A DNA stretch of 63,713 nt, counting the filler, from Lenisia limosa (lineage: Eukaryota; Protista; Breviatea), in NCBI GenBank assembly GCA_001655205.1. It is 19 parts of 19 records of this genome, joined end to end, with 100 filler letters (N's around TTAATTAATTAA, not from the genome) between each part and the next. Parts side by side here need not be neighbours in the genome. Positions count along the whole stretch, not along the records: positions 33,767 to 40,769 come from LPNZ01009696.1; positions 40,870 to 44,128 come from LPNZ01004579.1; positions 44,229 to 46,406 come from LPNZ01001579.1; positions 46,507 to 47,831 come from LPNZ01010164.1; positions 47,932 to 50,472 come from LPNZ01004843.1; positions 50,573 to 56,635 come from LPNZ01006442.1; 13 more parts are not named here. One strand, written 5' to 3'. The notes beneath the pieces are model-generated. The model worked only from the letters and a program-made list of their open reading frames with translations. It searched no databases and was not told where the DNA came from. The translations under genes and the position numbers were made by a program. Within the stretch, counting starts at the first letter, position 1. Each line of letters opens with the position of its first letter. This document shows, piece after piece, positions 39,901 to 52,473 of the stretch.

Positions 39901-41439
39901 GGGGGACTATCAGTTTTTTATTGAATTGCGTATTTAAACAGATTTGAGGATTATTGAATAAGCAATACGGTGTTGCTAGTCTTCTGTCGAGCTTCAAACT
40001 TCTCTATCTCACTTTTAAATACAAACACGTTACTTCCTGTTTTTGGTGGACAACTTATTCCAGATTCTCTGTTTAAATTTCTCCTTTCTCCTTTCTCCTT
40101 TTTTCTTTAATTCCTGGATATTATAAAGAATATTTGCCGTTTTCTTTTTAGCTAACTAACATAGCAGAAACATGTTGTCTTGTTATTACACGATACAGAC
40201 TGAGTCCCTACTTGACTTTTCCGAGTACTTGGTCAACACCCCATATACGGATTTCAACAAGGTCCCACGCGAAACAGGGGTGTTCAAGCCGACTTTCGAC
40301 CTGTAGGATGGACTTCTCATGCTCTTAAAACCGTACCCCCACATCTCTAACTGTTATACCTTCATCATCAGGAATGGACTGGCTTCTAGCCCCCACATAT
40401 GAGCACGGACTTAATTAATAAACCCGTGTCTTAACCAACCTTGAACCCGCATACACCCCTTGCACTCATCATCATAATAACGCAAAACATAACTTTTGTC
40501 TCAAAGACTTGGTTGACAGAGCTGATGGTTTTATACGTCCCCTCCCCCTAGTTAATTCACACCTTGTGTTCCCAATTGCTATAATTATTCACAGCTAGGT
40601 ATGAATCTTACTATTTACGAGCTCTTAGAAATTCTCATTCAGAACCACAAGCCATCAGAGTTGATTCTGAGTTTTTTTTTGTTTCATATCATATGATATA
40701 TAATAGTAATATATGTCATGTACGATATGATATACTCTCCATTTTATCACCCCCTCCCCCATGCCAACANNNNNNNNNNNNNNNNNNNNNNNNNNNNNNN
40801 NNNNNNNNNNNNNTTAATTAATTAANNNNNNNNNNNNNNNNNNNNNNNNNNNNNNNNNNNNNNNNNNNNTATTATATAGCAATGAGAAATACAAAATAAG
40901 GTAGTATCTGACCGAAGCCGTTCACACCATCACGCTTCTCAGAGATATTGGAATATAGTATAATGTTAATTCACCCAATCATTTGCCTTACAACTCTGTA
41001 CACACAGCTTTGGTATGTACATAGTATAATACATAAAATACATGTAATATGTCTAGTGTCCAAATATGTGGCTGTTCACAATTCTGTTCTAGTTTTCTCA
41101 AGTAATTCTGCTTTTTTTTCTTCTATTTTTTTTTTACGAGATTCAGAAAAAATTAACAAATCCATAACCAGAATTTTGAACGGCCGCATATGACATGATT
41201 AGATATATATATGTACATATCGATATATAAATATGATCTTGATATTCTATATAATATGATATAGTATTTGATATACTGTATATATTATAAGATATATTTC
41301 ATAAATAAAAACTAGGGCTTCATTTCAGTTCGAAAAAATACCCGTAAATATCGATAGTTTTTGGGAATTTATCGAAAAATAGTCATTTTTTGAACCGAAG
41401 TGAAGCCCTAATAACCATATAGCTTCCCCCCCCCCCCTA

Positions 41440-44010
41440 CAGTTTTTTACAACTGTCTCATTGTAGTGGTGGTGATAAGCGTCCGAGACAAAGAGCATGT
41501 GGGCCCAGTAAAAAGTCGATACTTTTGCGTGTGGCAATGTAGTAAGCTGGTGTAGGGGATTAACAATGGGATTATAGGAAATAAAATAAGATATTTTAAG
41601 AAATTACGCCTCTCAACCCTCTTATCAAGTCATGATATCATAAATATTTGTAGCAATGAAAAATAAAAAAAAAGGTTGTATCTGACTGAAGCCGTCCACA
41701 ACACGCTAATAAAAGATATTGAATTTTATTAGTAATTCACCCAAACATTTGCCTTACAGTTCTGTGCACATAACAGCACTTGTCAACCATAACATCACAT
41801 ATTGCTAACCCCCCACCCCCATCTAAATCATATTCATTGATATACAGTGACCGGGATAAGTCTTGCCCTATTTTCCTTGGGAAATCATATAACAAATCTG
41901 GTCAAGACTTATCCCGGCCACTGTATAGACCCTCTCCCTCACCTTAGATGATGCCAATGCAACAGGGTTAACACAAGCAGCATTGAAATCCACTCCCTGG
42001 GGGGTTATATATACATCGTGGCTGTATTGGGGGGTTGGAACATTTATTAAACAAAAAAAAAGAGCCTAAAATAAATTATGTTAGCTGACAACACATGAGG
42101 GATGAAATTGATTTTTTAAAAAAAAGAAGAGAGAAACAAAACCCTGAGAAAGAAAAGTATCAAACAGTCCAGGGAGTTAAAATGGAAAAAAAAGCCCAAA
42201 ATCAACTCTGTTAGCTAAAAACACACGAGGGTTGAAAACAACAAAACAAAAAAAGACCAGGCCTGTCAGGGTTACGCTTTCCTGTTTTATTTTCAAGTCG
42301 ATATGGCCCAACATATCACTGTAGTGTCTCTCTCTCTCTCTCTCTCTCTCTCTTTGTGTGTGTGTGTGTGTGAGGGGTAATTTGAAAACCATCAATCTTT
42401 GAAATATTACCGAAAACTCCTCGGAAAATCACTGAATAGTGTCAAAAATATCGAAAATTATCGATATTTCAGTCCATACCTTGCAATGATTGTAAATGTG
42501 CCTCGGGATAGATAGAGGTCCTTTCCCATTTTCGAGATAGTACCTGTGGGGTGTGAATACTATTTGAAATAATAATAATAGTAATATATAAACCAAAATC
42601 AACGAGAAAACACAAGGCATGAAAAAAACCAAACAAAGCTCAGGGTAAATGGTTGCTCCAAATCAAGCTTAATCATCATCATCACCATCACCACCACCAT
42701 CACCATCATCACCACCACCATCATCATAATCAGCATCACTACCACCACCATTACACCATCCCCACGCTTCAGATTTGAGCTGAATTGCAGTAGCGTAAAC
42801 CGAGTCGATCCATACATCTGAGGATGTCTGTATTGGTCAGAGGGCGCGCGCGCGGGGGAGGGGGGTTGGAATTGAAAAATTTATGAAACAAAAAAAAACA
42901 ACTCAGTTGACTGACAACACACGAGGGATGAAATTGATTTTTTTAAAAAAAAAGAAGAGAGAAACAAAACCCTGAGAGAAAAGTATCAAACAGTCCAGGG
43001 GAGTTTAAATGGAAAATCTAGGAAAGAGAAAAAAGCCCAGAATCAACTCTGTTAGCTAAAAACACACGNNNNNNNNNNNNNNNNNNNNNNNNNNNNNNNN
43101 NNNNNNNNNNNNNNNNNNNNNNNNNNNNNNNNNNNNNNNNNNNNNNNNNNNNNNNNNNNNNNNNNNNNNNNNNNNNNNNNNNNNNNNNNNNNNGGTGTGC
43201 TCCTCAGGAAAGCTTCATGCTACAGAGTTAAGACAAACGTTGATTCATGCTACAGAGTTAAAACAAAAGTTGAGTTGTTTTTGAAGAACATATTCATAAT
43301 ATTTGACATTTGATATATAATATGATATGTACTCAGACCGCGATAGTCATGACTTAGGCTTCCCTTTGATCCTAAAAAACAGACTGAAAGTTACGATAAA
43401 TCCTCGATAAATATAGATGCTTTAGCGGTCTTTTTCGGACCGCAAATGTTTGGGTGAATAATAATGTATCATATCATATCATATAATAGCAAACTATAAT
43501 CCAATATCTCTTATGAGCGTGATGGTGTCAGGACTTACGTGGGGCAAGTAGGGCTTCACTTCGGTTCGAAAAAGACCGGTAAAATATCGATAGTTGTCTA
43601 GGATTTATGGAGAAATTGAGTCTTTTTTAACCGAAGTGAAGCCCAAGGTGAGTGTGTGTATTATATATCACTACACTAACAACCAATAACAATTACAATA
43701 TTCTTATAAAATGATACTACACTACGGCGCATTGACTTAATGGAAATTTGAAAAATATTATGTGATTCCCAAATAATACAAGGGAATTCCAAGTCAATGC
43801 GCCGTAGTGATGTCGCACTTCAAATTTTGCATTTGTTTTTCCATTTAATTGCAAGAAGCACTAGAATAAAGCGATACGCTCTCTAACACCTACCAATTTC
43901 CATGACGCGGTGTTATCAGTGTAGGTAATGAAGAGGTCGCTGTGGACGGCTTGCTCTAATTCCAGTTCAGCTACCTGGCGAACACACGTTGTCGATGCAT
44001 CCTTTCTCTC
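41440..44010 (-). CDS. Unknown multi-exon protein, weakly GT31 glycosyltransferase-like
   Basis: Exons VAELELEQAVHSDLFITYTDN, SSDVWIDSVY and YYLENGKGPLSIPR have GT-AG boundaries. They loosely recall GT31 motifs L..E...H.D and DDDVFV. Confidence 0.35.
41845..41923. mobile_element. Tc1/mariner-type MITE family C, short form
   Basis: TA-CAGTGACCGGGATAAGTCTTG...CAAGACTTATCCCGGCCACTG-TA. Other short copies at 638-713, 5625-5700 and 57178-57258. Confidence 0.85.
42672..42760. repeat. (CAT/CAC)n trinucleotide microsatellite; a similar (GAT/GGT)n tract lies at 5325-5415, and (GA)n/(CT)n tracts at 2-27, 20596-20615 and 42327-42372
   Basis: Directly visible simple repeats, mostly in inferred introns. 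Confidence 0.9.
43720..43809. mobile_element. Non-autonomous CACTA-ended mini element
   Basis: Perfect 19-bp TIR CACTACGGCGCATTGACTT / AAGTCAATGCGCCGTAGTG. Related copies at 23536-23667 and ending at 37898. No matching TSD seen. Confidence 0.7.
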
Positions 44011-44651
44011 TGGGTGGTGGGGGGAGGGGGGGGAGTGAAATTGGAACCAACACTAAAACTAGACAAAAGCCAGATGACAAAAACACAAAAACGGGAGTAA
44101 AATCGGACAATATATGAAACAAAAAAGCNNNNNNNNNNNNNNNNNNNNNNNNNNNNNNNNNNNNNNNNNNNNTTAATTAATTAANNNNNNNNNNNNNNNN
44201 NNNNNNNNNNNNNNNNNNNNNNNNNNNNGGTCTTGTTGTCCGTCCTATAATCCTGCTCACTTATTGGACCTCTTGTCTTATTTGCCTCACAATCCAGCTG
44301 AATGTATTTAAAGCTTCCTCCGGAGTTGTGGAGGTCAATTTTCGTTTCGTATCTTTTCCAATGAATGTCAGGTGATGGTGTGGTTCTAAGTCTAGTCTAC
44401 AATGTATTTGCTCGAATGAATGCGGTTCACAGAGGATAGAATCAATATCTCTTATACGCGTGATGGAGTGGACAGCTTCGGCCAGATACCACCTGTATTT
44501 TAATGTCTCACACATGCTGTGTTTTAGCGTATCCAACACTGCTGCTTATTAATAATACTTTTCCCCTCTCTGTAACGTTCCTAAGACCTTCATAACATCA
44601 CAGACCTTCGTTCCTTTGAACAGATCCACCAAAAAGAGCATGATTAGCGGC

Positions 44652-45830
44652 TTAGTTCTTGAGGAAATCATCTTTGAATGAGGTTTTCTAAATCGAGTTA
44701 ACTTAAATAAATGGTAAGCATCAACCTGCCCAAAAATAGGCTGAAAATGATCATAACATCACAGATTAGCAATGAAATAAAAAATCAAGATGATGTGTTT
44801 TTTTTCTTCAAAATTATTTAGAACACTTATGGTATTACGAAATTAATTTCACTAAACAAACCTTAGTCAGGATGTGGAGAACAGGAATTTTCGGGATTAC
44901 GTAATCAGGTCGTGCGAGAAGCTCCCCCAGCATCTTTTTGGGGTTCAGTTGGCTCCATTTTGAGACAAACGTTCCAGAGTTCGGTCTCATTTCTATATGG
45001 TTAGGATTGTTGAGTAGGAGCACGTGATTCTGATAATCGATAAAACCTCTAAAATTCCTTTATACATCCTCAATAAAGCCTGCTGTATAACTAGGGCTTC
45101 ACTTCGGTTCGAAAAAGGCCGTTGAAATATCGATAGTTTCCGAAGATTTATTGAGAAATTCAGTCTTTTTTCGAACCGAAGCCTACATCTTTGTATAACC
45201 TTATTTAAAGTAACCAATCCTACTCCTATAAGCTGGCAGTGGCAACACGGCTCTTGTGCGCCAGTACACCTCTACAGTGCCCTTGCGGTAATGACCGTTT
45301 TGGTCCCAGATCGGAGGGTTGGTTTCGCTTAGTAGCTCATCGAGGTAATTGTTGAGCGGAACGTCCTCCCGGAAATCTAACAAGAAACATAATAAACAGT
45401 GGAAGTACATTGCTTCTGATAGTATTATGGATAATATATCATAGTATATTAGTATACTATATAATATAATATGATATAATACTATATGATATGATATGAC
45501 TAATACAAATAAGATAATAAAAAAAACGTATCAGACTACCGCCACCACGCACCTTCAATGAAATCGGACTGGTTGAATTCCGGGTACAAAATAAGTACTG
45601 GGAAGTGGATAAACCCTTCCTGGTCAAGGTACGCTGGAAAATGAGTTGAAAGTTCCGTTTGAAGAAAGACAATAAAACATGGCGACCTAGTAACTGAACT
45701 TAAAAGCCGCATTCCGTGAATTTACGTCAACCCCACTTTCAGCTTTCATCCTTCCTGCTTGATCCATGCCATAGAGCTCATCACCAACACAGTAGTTTCT
45801 CACCAACATCGCTTTCGTCTGAAAAATCGT
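44652..45830 (-). CDS. TTC4: TTC4/Cns1 co-chaperone, C-terminal wheel domain
   Basis: Exons YLDQEGFIHFPVLILYPEFNQSDFIE|DFRED..YLDELL..PPIWDQNGHY..VEVYW and LGELLARPDYVIPKIPVLHIL, ending SFKDDFLKN*. Confidence 0.85.
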
Positions 45831-46517
45831 GAGACGGAAATGGAACACCTTCACTCTCAGTTCAAAAAGAAATGGATGGAAAGTACCGAAAGAAGCTTTA
45901 ATTGGAACATGTACACACTTATTCGTTCCCCTCATATCATGACATTCTCACTAATCTCTCGTAAATAGCGACAAGTAGTATTAGCTTCCAACTGTTTGCA
46001 GTCATCAAAATCATATTACCCCCCCCCCCAACCANNNNNNNNNNNNNNNNNNNNNNNNNNNNNNNNNNNNNNNNNNNNNNNNNNNNNNNNNNNNNNNNNN
46101 NNNNNNNNNNNNNCTTCTTCTTTTCTTGGAACTTGATCTTACGAATAGAAGCCTATTTCGAAATAAGAAGACCGCATTACACGCTAAAGTGAAGCACATG
46201 TTCCAGCAGCCCCAGGTACCTCAATTTTCGCCTTTTCCGGTTTCAGCACAGGGTCCTTAGGGGTGACTACAACGTTAGACGGCTTTCTAATGCTGTCCCG
46301 ATGAATCCTCAATAATTATGGATAGTATAGAGCAATGGAAAATAAAAAGAAGGATCCACACCATCACGCTTATAAGAGATATTGGATTATAGTATAATAT
46401 CATTTGNNNNNNNNNNNNNNNNNNNNNNNNNNNNNNNNNNNNNNNNNNNNTTAATTAATTAANNNNNNNNNNNNNNNNNNNNNNNNNNNNNNNNNNNNNN
46501 NNNNNNGACAATATAGG

Positions 46518-47831
46518 TGCAACAAGCCAAGAAGGACAAGGCTGCCTCTGACAAGGCTATTGCTATGGCCGACCAGGCTCGCAAGAAGGTAGGCATGACA
46601 TGTTGGGTTTTTATTTGAGAGGGGGGTTGACATGTTGGGTTTTTATTTGAGAGGGGGGTTGACATGTTTCCATTTTTACCCCGTACGCTGGAGTGATGGG
46701 ATTCGGCGCTGCAGAAGTGACTGGACTGGGCTTTGTTTGTTGCTGTTAACCCGCCAGAGGTAATTTTGGGCTTTTTTACCCCCCTCCCCTCTCAGGCCGA
46801 AATGAGCATCAACGACGAGAGACGCGCTCGCGCCGCCGCCGAGGACCGTGTCAAGCAGGCTCTGAGAAAGGTTGGAGAGAATTCCTGTCCATCACAAAAG
46901 CAGAGTTCTTAAAGCCTAAAAATTTGTGCAATAAAAGCTTAAAAGTGAGAAATTATTTCGCTGGCATGTGTGGGGGGTGGCAAGCTTTTTCATTCGCTCC
47001 TTGCATTTTCACGATAAATTTTTTCAATCAATCCTCACTCTCGCAATGGGGAGTGGGGTTTCTCTAGTGTAACGTCATCGCGTTTTCCTTCCATATTTGA
47101 CCAGAAATGATCGACACAGGTTGAGGAGGCTGAGGCTGGCATCATCAAGGCTAAGAAAGAGGCCGAAACCGCCTCCGAGCTCACTCGCAAGTCCGAGAGT
47201 AAGCCGGACTAATCTCAAATCAAATGAAATCTAGGAATACTATAAGCTGTTTTTTTTTGTTGTTGTTATTTGGTATTTGGTAGGTTAACGTTTATTTGCC
47301 TTAATCCACAATTAAACTCCGCTTGCCCAAACGAACTATTTCTCGGGTTTTTTGGTTCATAAATTATCCCATTTTTGATTCTCGGGGTTTTTTTTTTGTT
47401 TTGTAAATTGTCCGATTTTACCCCGTAGACGAGGCTGTTGCTCTCAGAGGCCAGGTCGACAACCTCACTTCAGAAAACGACTNNNNNNNNNNNNNNNNNN
47501 NNNNNNNNNNNNNNNNNNNNNNNNNNNNNNNNNNNNNNNNNNNNNNNNNNNNNNNNNNNNNNNNNNNNNNNNNNNNNNNNNNNNNNNNNNNNNNNNNNNN
47601 NNNNNNNNNNNNNNNNNNNNNNNNNNGAAAGGTGAAGGGATGGAATCCTATTGAATGTCGAATCCAAATATCGATGTAAATTCAAATATCATTACAGCCA
47701 AATATCGGATATGTGGGCTAGTGCTTCACTTCGGTTCAAAAAAAAGACTGAATATCTCGATAAATCCTCGAAAACTGGCCTTTCTCACGTCACGATCCAG
47801 GACAAGAACAACGCCCTCCGTGCCGCTGATG
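46518..47831 (+). CDS. Long coiled-coil protein, internal fragment
   Basis: Phase-consistent exons VQQAKKDKAASDKAIAMADQARKK|AEMSINDERRARAAAEDRVKQALRK|VEEAEAGIIKAKKEAETASELTRKSE|NEAVALRGQVDNL. Confidence 0.75.
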
Positions 47832-49619
47832 NNNNNNNNNNNNNNNNNNNNNNNNNNNNNNNNNNNNNNNNNNNNTTAATTAATTAANNNNNNNNNNNNN
47901 NNNNNNNNNNNNNNNNNNNNNNNNNNNNNNNGTATATAATATAGTATGTACAGTACATCATGAAATATCATATATAATATAGTATATACAATTTACTATG
48001 TGGTTTCAGCCAGATATTCTCATTGATATCTTTTATTGACGTGATGGTGGACGGTTTCGGCCAGAAACTATAATCCTTTATCTCCTAAAAACATGATGGT
48101 GTGGACGGCTTCGACCAGATACTATAATTCTATCTTACAACAAGATGGTGTGGACCGCTTACTGCAATTTTATTCATCAATATCACTCTTCAGTGAAAGG
48201 GAAACGTCCGAACTACTGCTTGCGTCGAAGAGCGAAATCCAACAGCTGACTTGTTGGGGGGGGGGGGGNNNNNNNNNNNNNNNNNNNNNNNNNNNNNNNN
48301 NNNNNNNNNNNNNNNNNNNNNNNNNNNNNNNNNNNNNNNNNNNNNNNNNNNNNNNNNNNNNNNNNNNNGATTAATTATCTAGGAGAACAAGTAAATACAT
48401 CAGGATACCGGAAAGGGTTTACAAAAAAACAAGAGAAATAAGGGATAATGTGACAGGAGGGAGAGAGTCTAAAAGCGAAAAACAAAAACAGACAATGCGA
48501 TAGCCTTGTTTACTTTGCGATGGGATTATTTGCCCTTTTTGTTTCATTTTTTACTTCACTTGATATATTTTTGTTTTGGCACAGATTTTCTTCTTTTTTT
48601 TATTTTCCAATCATCCCTTCAGCCCTGGCAGCATCTCCTCGACGATCAGGGAACAACAACAGGTCTACTCCGCCGCTGCGGCCTAACTCGGCCAATACAG
48701 GGTCAAGTGCGGTGGGGGGATTCAAGAGTAAAATAATGGGATCTTAGGAAATGGTGAAAGGACGTGGAAGAGGAAAGGGGTATACGGAGGGCTTTACTTC
48801 GGTTCGAAAAAACCCGGTAAAATATCGATAGTTTTCGAGGATTTATCGAGAAATTCTGTCTTTTTTCGAACCGAAGTGAAGCCTAAGGTCTAAGTTTACA
48901 GTGGGTTGGGGAGGGTTGAAGATAAAAAAAAAAAAAAGACGAAATCTGATAGGAAATGGTCGGAGGGGTCATCCAAAAATGATGGCTGCTAATCAACAAA
49001 AGATGTTTTTATTGTCGATACATAATTTCTCAACTAGAACACCCCCCTCCCCTCTACCACCATCATCACCCCAATAATTAACACAATCCTCACTCAGGTG
49101 AGTCTCAAAAATAGACGACAACAAGCGAAGGCGAAGTAGGTCATTTGTGTTTCTTTATGTCCTGTATAGTATCTGGTGAATTTAATTGATATTTAAATTA
49201 CTATGGGGTGGGGGGGGCAAAATTTTAAATTTTGACCTAAGCCAACTAATACTATTGAGCAAAGATAATCAAAACACCCAGCCGGCCCAGTCACTTTAGG
49301 TGGTAGGTAGCTCATTGTTTGTTATGATCGAGTTCACCACATACAGCCATAATGTTTACATTAAGAAATATGATACAAAGACGAGTAGGTTGCAAGTTAA
49401 AAGAAAGAAAAAAAAAAAAAAAAAAANNNNNNNNNNNNNNNNNNNNNNNNNNNNNNNNNNNNNNNNNNNNNNNNNNNNNNNNNNNNNNNNNNNNNNNNNN
49501 NNNNNNNNNNNNNNNNNTTCCTAGTTTTTGGGCTTTCATTGACCTCTTTCATGAACAACAAAGATCCAAGTTCTTCCAGAAATATGCATTTTACAAAAAG
49601 AGCGAGAAAGCACAAGAGT

Positions 49620-50346
49620 TTAATTGAAGCGGAAATGGAACTTCTGTCCGCCACCTCCAAAACCTCCGAAGGGGAACCCTCCGCCGAAACCGCCACCACC
49701 ACCCATGTTGACATCCTCAACATCTTGGCCAAGGTCGTGTTTCCTCCTTTTGTCTTCGTCTGTCAGAACCTGGTTCGATGAGCAGGTTTGCTGTAAAGAG
49801 CAGTAATGATATGTACTATATGATATACAGCGCGATGGTATGAGGCTTTGATAAAATCTGTTATATTTGACCAGGATAAGTCTGAGTCCGAAGAAAATCT
49901 GTCAAGCAGTCACTGGGGAGGCACACAGAAAGCCGTGTGCACAGAGTTGTTGGGCAAATGATTGGGTGAATTAATATTACACTATAACCCAATATCTCCC
50001 ATAAGGGTGATGGTGTGGACGGCTTCGGCCATACTCTACCTTATTTTTATGTATTAATACATTTACAGTGGCAATTAGCGTACTACACGATTGATTATAT
50101 ATAAAGCTCAATAATGAGATGTGTAATGAATGAAATTGAATTTAAAAACAAGGTGGTCTCACCAAAGCCGTCCCCACTATTCATTCACCCAATGATTCGC
50201 CTTACAACTCTGCGCGCCCAGGATAAGCAGTATCACCACTTCATATTTCCTTATTACTCACCTCATAAGCCTCAGTGGCTTCGCGGAACTTCTTTTCGGC
50301 TAGAATTTTGCCCTCCTCTGACTTGTCCTCGATTTTATCAGGATGC
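49620..50346 (-). CDS. C-terminal J-domain protein (DNAJC7/DNAJC3-like), last two exons
   Basis: HPDKIEDKSEEGKILAEKKFREATEAYE (50262-50346) splices to VLTDEDKRRKHDLGQDVEDVNMGGGGGFGGGFPFGGFGGGGQKFHFRFN* (49620-49769). Confidence 0.88.
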
Positions 50347-50638
50347 CTGTGGAAGGAGGGTAAAAAGAGCAGGATCTTAAGTAGGAGTTGTGTGAAGACG
50401 TGACGGGATAGTTGATTATTGGCTTTTTTTTTGGTTCAGAATACTTGTCTTTCTTACCCCCACCCCCTGTCTNNNNNNNNNNNNNNNNNNNNNNNNNNNN
50501 NNNNNNNNNNNNNNNNTTAATTAATTAANNNNNNNNNNNNNNNNNNNNNNNNNNNNNNNNNNNNNNNNNNNNCACTGAGGAGAGGCCATGGGGAGAAAGA
50601 CAAGTAATCCCAATCCAAAGTCAGCATCCATTGCTCAC

Positions 50639-52197
50639 CGTCCTTGGCCGATTGTATGACCGCATGTTGGCGGGAGATGGAGCCGTGTTCGCAAAGAACG
50701 TCACAGGATGGATGACGACCGAAAGTGATGAAGGGCTAGGGGGGAGGGGGTGAATGAAAATTTATGAAACATAAATGTACAACGGAAAACGAGACAACGT
50801 ATTGTTTGTGTAGTTCAAAAAGGTGAATCGTTTTCCTAAGAGCAGAGAAGCTTTTTATACCAGACTCAAGAAAAATCGGACATCCTCAACACATTCTACA
50901 GTTCCAAGATCAAAAAAACCAAAACCAATAACGATTCAGTTATATATAGTATATCATATGATATGACATATGACATACATATGTACGGAAGAGGAACAGG
51001 TTATACCTGGCTAAGTCATCCTCCCAGAATCTTGCGCATCTTTCCGGCAGGAAGATGGATTATTTCGGTAACAATCCCCGGTTACCTTGGACTGGAGATC
51101 GGTGATTGTTTTGATATGGGCGCCGTTTTTAATGATGTCTACTTCGACTGGGAACGGGGACGGTCCACTCCATATCGGCTCGTTGTACTACATGGAGTGA
51201 CAAGGGAAATGAGGAAAAAAGTTGGATCGAGTGGGATACATGATTAGAAAAAGTTGTTGTGTTTATTGGTATAAGCGGTATTTCTTCCACAAGGTGTTCG
51301 GACAGTGTAGATAGTGCACATTAAAGTTATCAGTGTAAAGAAGGCGAACATGATGAAATTGAATAATTTGAAGACAGGTTATGAAGATGCAGGAAGACTA
51401 TTGAGGGTAATGACCCTAAAGACCAATATTGATCACAATATATTTAAACCGAGGAAAAATATCAACATATAATGTGTTCTAACCTCATACATGATGATGA
51501 AATCAGTCGTTTACGACAATAATTACGCATACAAAAATTCTTTCATTCTTTAACAATTTATCATCAAACATAGTCATAAGTAATCAGTGGGTGAAGTTGT
51601 GAAAGTACAACAGGTTAAAGAACTGACTATCACTTCAAAGTACCAAAACCTCAGGTAGGAAGGTCCTGTCCCGATATGATATATTACTACAATTGATAAG
51701 AGCATAAATAGTTTAACCCTTTCAGCCACCTCCCATGCCAGAAGCTGGTGAAGAAGTGGAAAATACCAAGGCTGAGGNNNNNNNNNNNNNNNNNNNNNNN
51801 NNNNNNNNNNNNNNNNNNNNNNNNNNNNNNNNNNNNNNNNNNNNNNNNNNNNNNNNNNNNNNNNNNNNNNNNNNNTGATACAAATCTAACACCTAACATG
51901 CCGCCATCCTTCATGTTGTTCCTTACTCTTTTTATTGTTTAGATCTGCTGATGATGTTACTGCCCATAGCAGATACAAGATGAGTTATTCTTTTGTTATT
52001 GTTATTTTGTTAGAACCTCTCCATGTCATAGTTTGTCAAACCTTTAGCTTGAGGGGAGGTGCTTGGGGAAGTGGAGGCTGCTTAGGCCCGCCAGAGGGAA
52101 GGGGGGGCTGTTTTTGCTCGCTAGGTGGGAGAGGCGGTTGCTTGGGAGCGGAGGGGGAAGAGGGGGCAGCTTCAGAAGGTGGTGACTGTTTCTCCAT
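50639..52197 (-). CDS. SLC4A1AP: Kanadaptin-like FHA-domain protein, first three exons
   Basis: ATG at 52197 starts a Pro-rich exon (52042-52197). It is followed by YNEPIWSGP..VEVDIIKNG (51086-51187) and PFITFGRHPSCDVLCEHGSISRQHAVIQ (50639-50735), with the FHA motifs GR and H.S.SR.HA. Confidence 0.75.
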
Positions 52198-52473
52198 ATT
52201 CAAGACGTTATTTGCACCTTTCGGCAATTCCCTGTCTATATCTATAATAGACCCAAACACGAGCTGCAAGAAAGAGGCTAAAATGCTTGGAAGAAATTGT
52301 CAAAAAAGGAAAAAGACTCGATAATTATTTTCGACCAGTATCGAGCTTTTAATAATTTAATTGTGAAAGCGCTCAATCATAAAAAACAGGAAAATATAAT
52401 TTGTGTATTTGTGTCTAAATAAAAAAGAGATCAGGGACACTTCTGAGGAGCTCACATTCCTGGTTTCCCCTCA

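Noticed and set aside
46716-46795. Family D forming a whole intron (classical introner)
   Set aside because: The would-be upstream exon has an in-frame stop, and the flanking exons splice in phase across 46590-46795. D is only the 3' part, so intron creation is not demonstrated.
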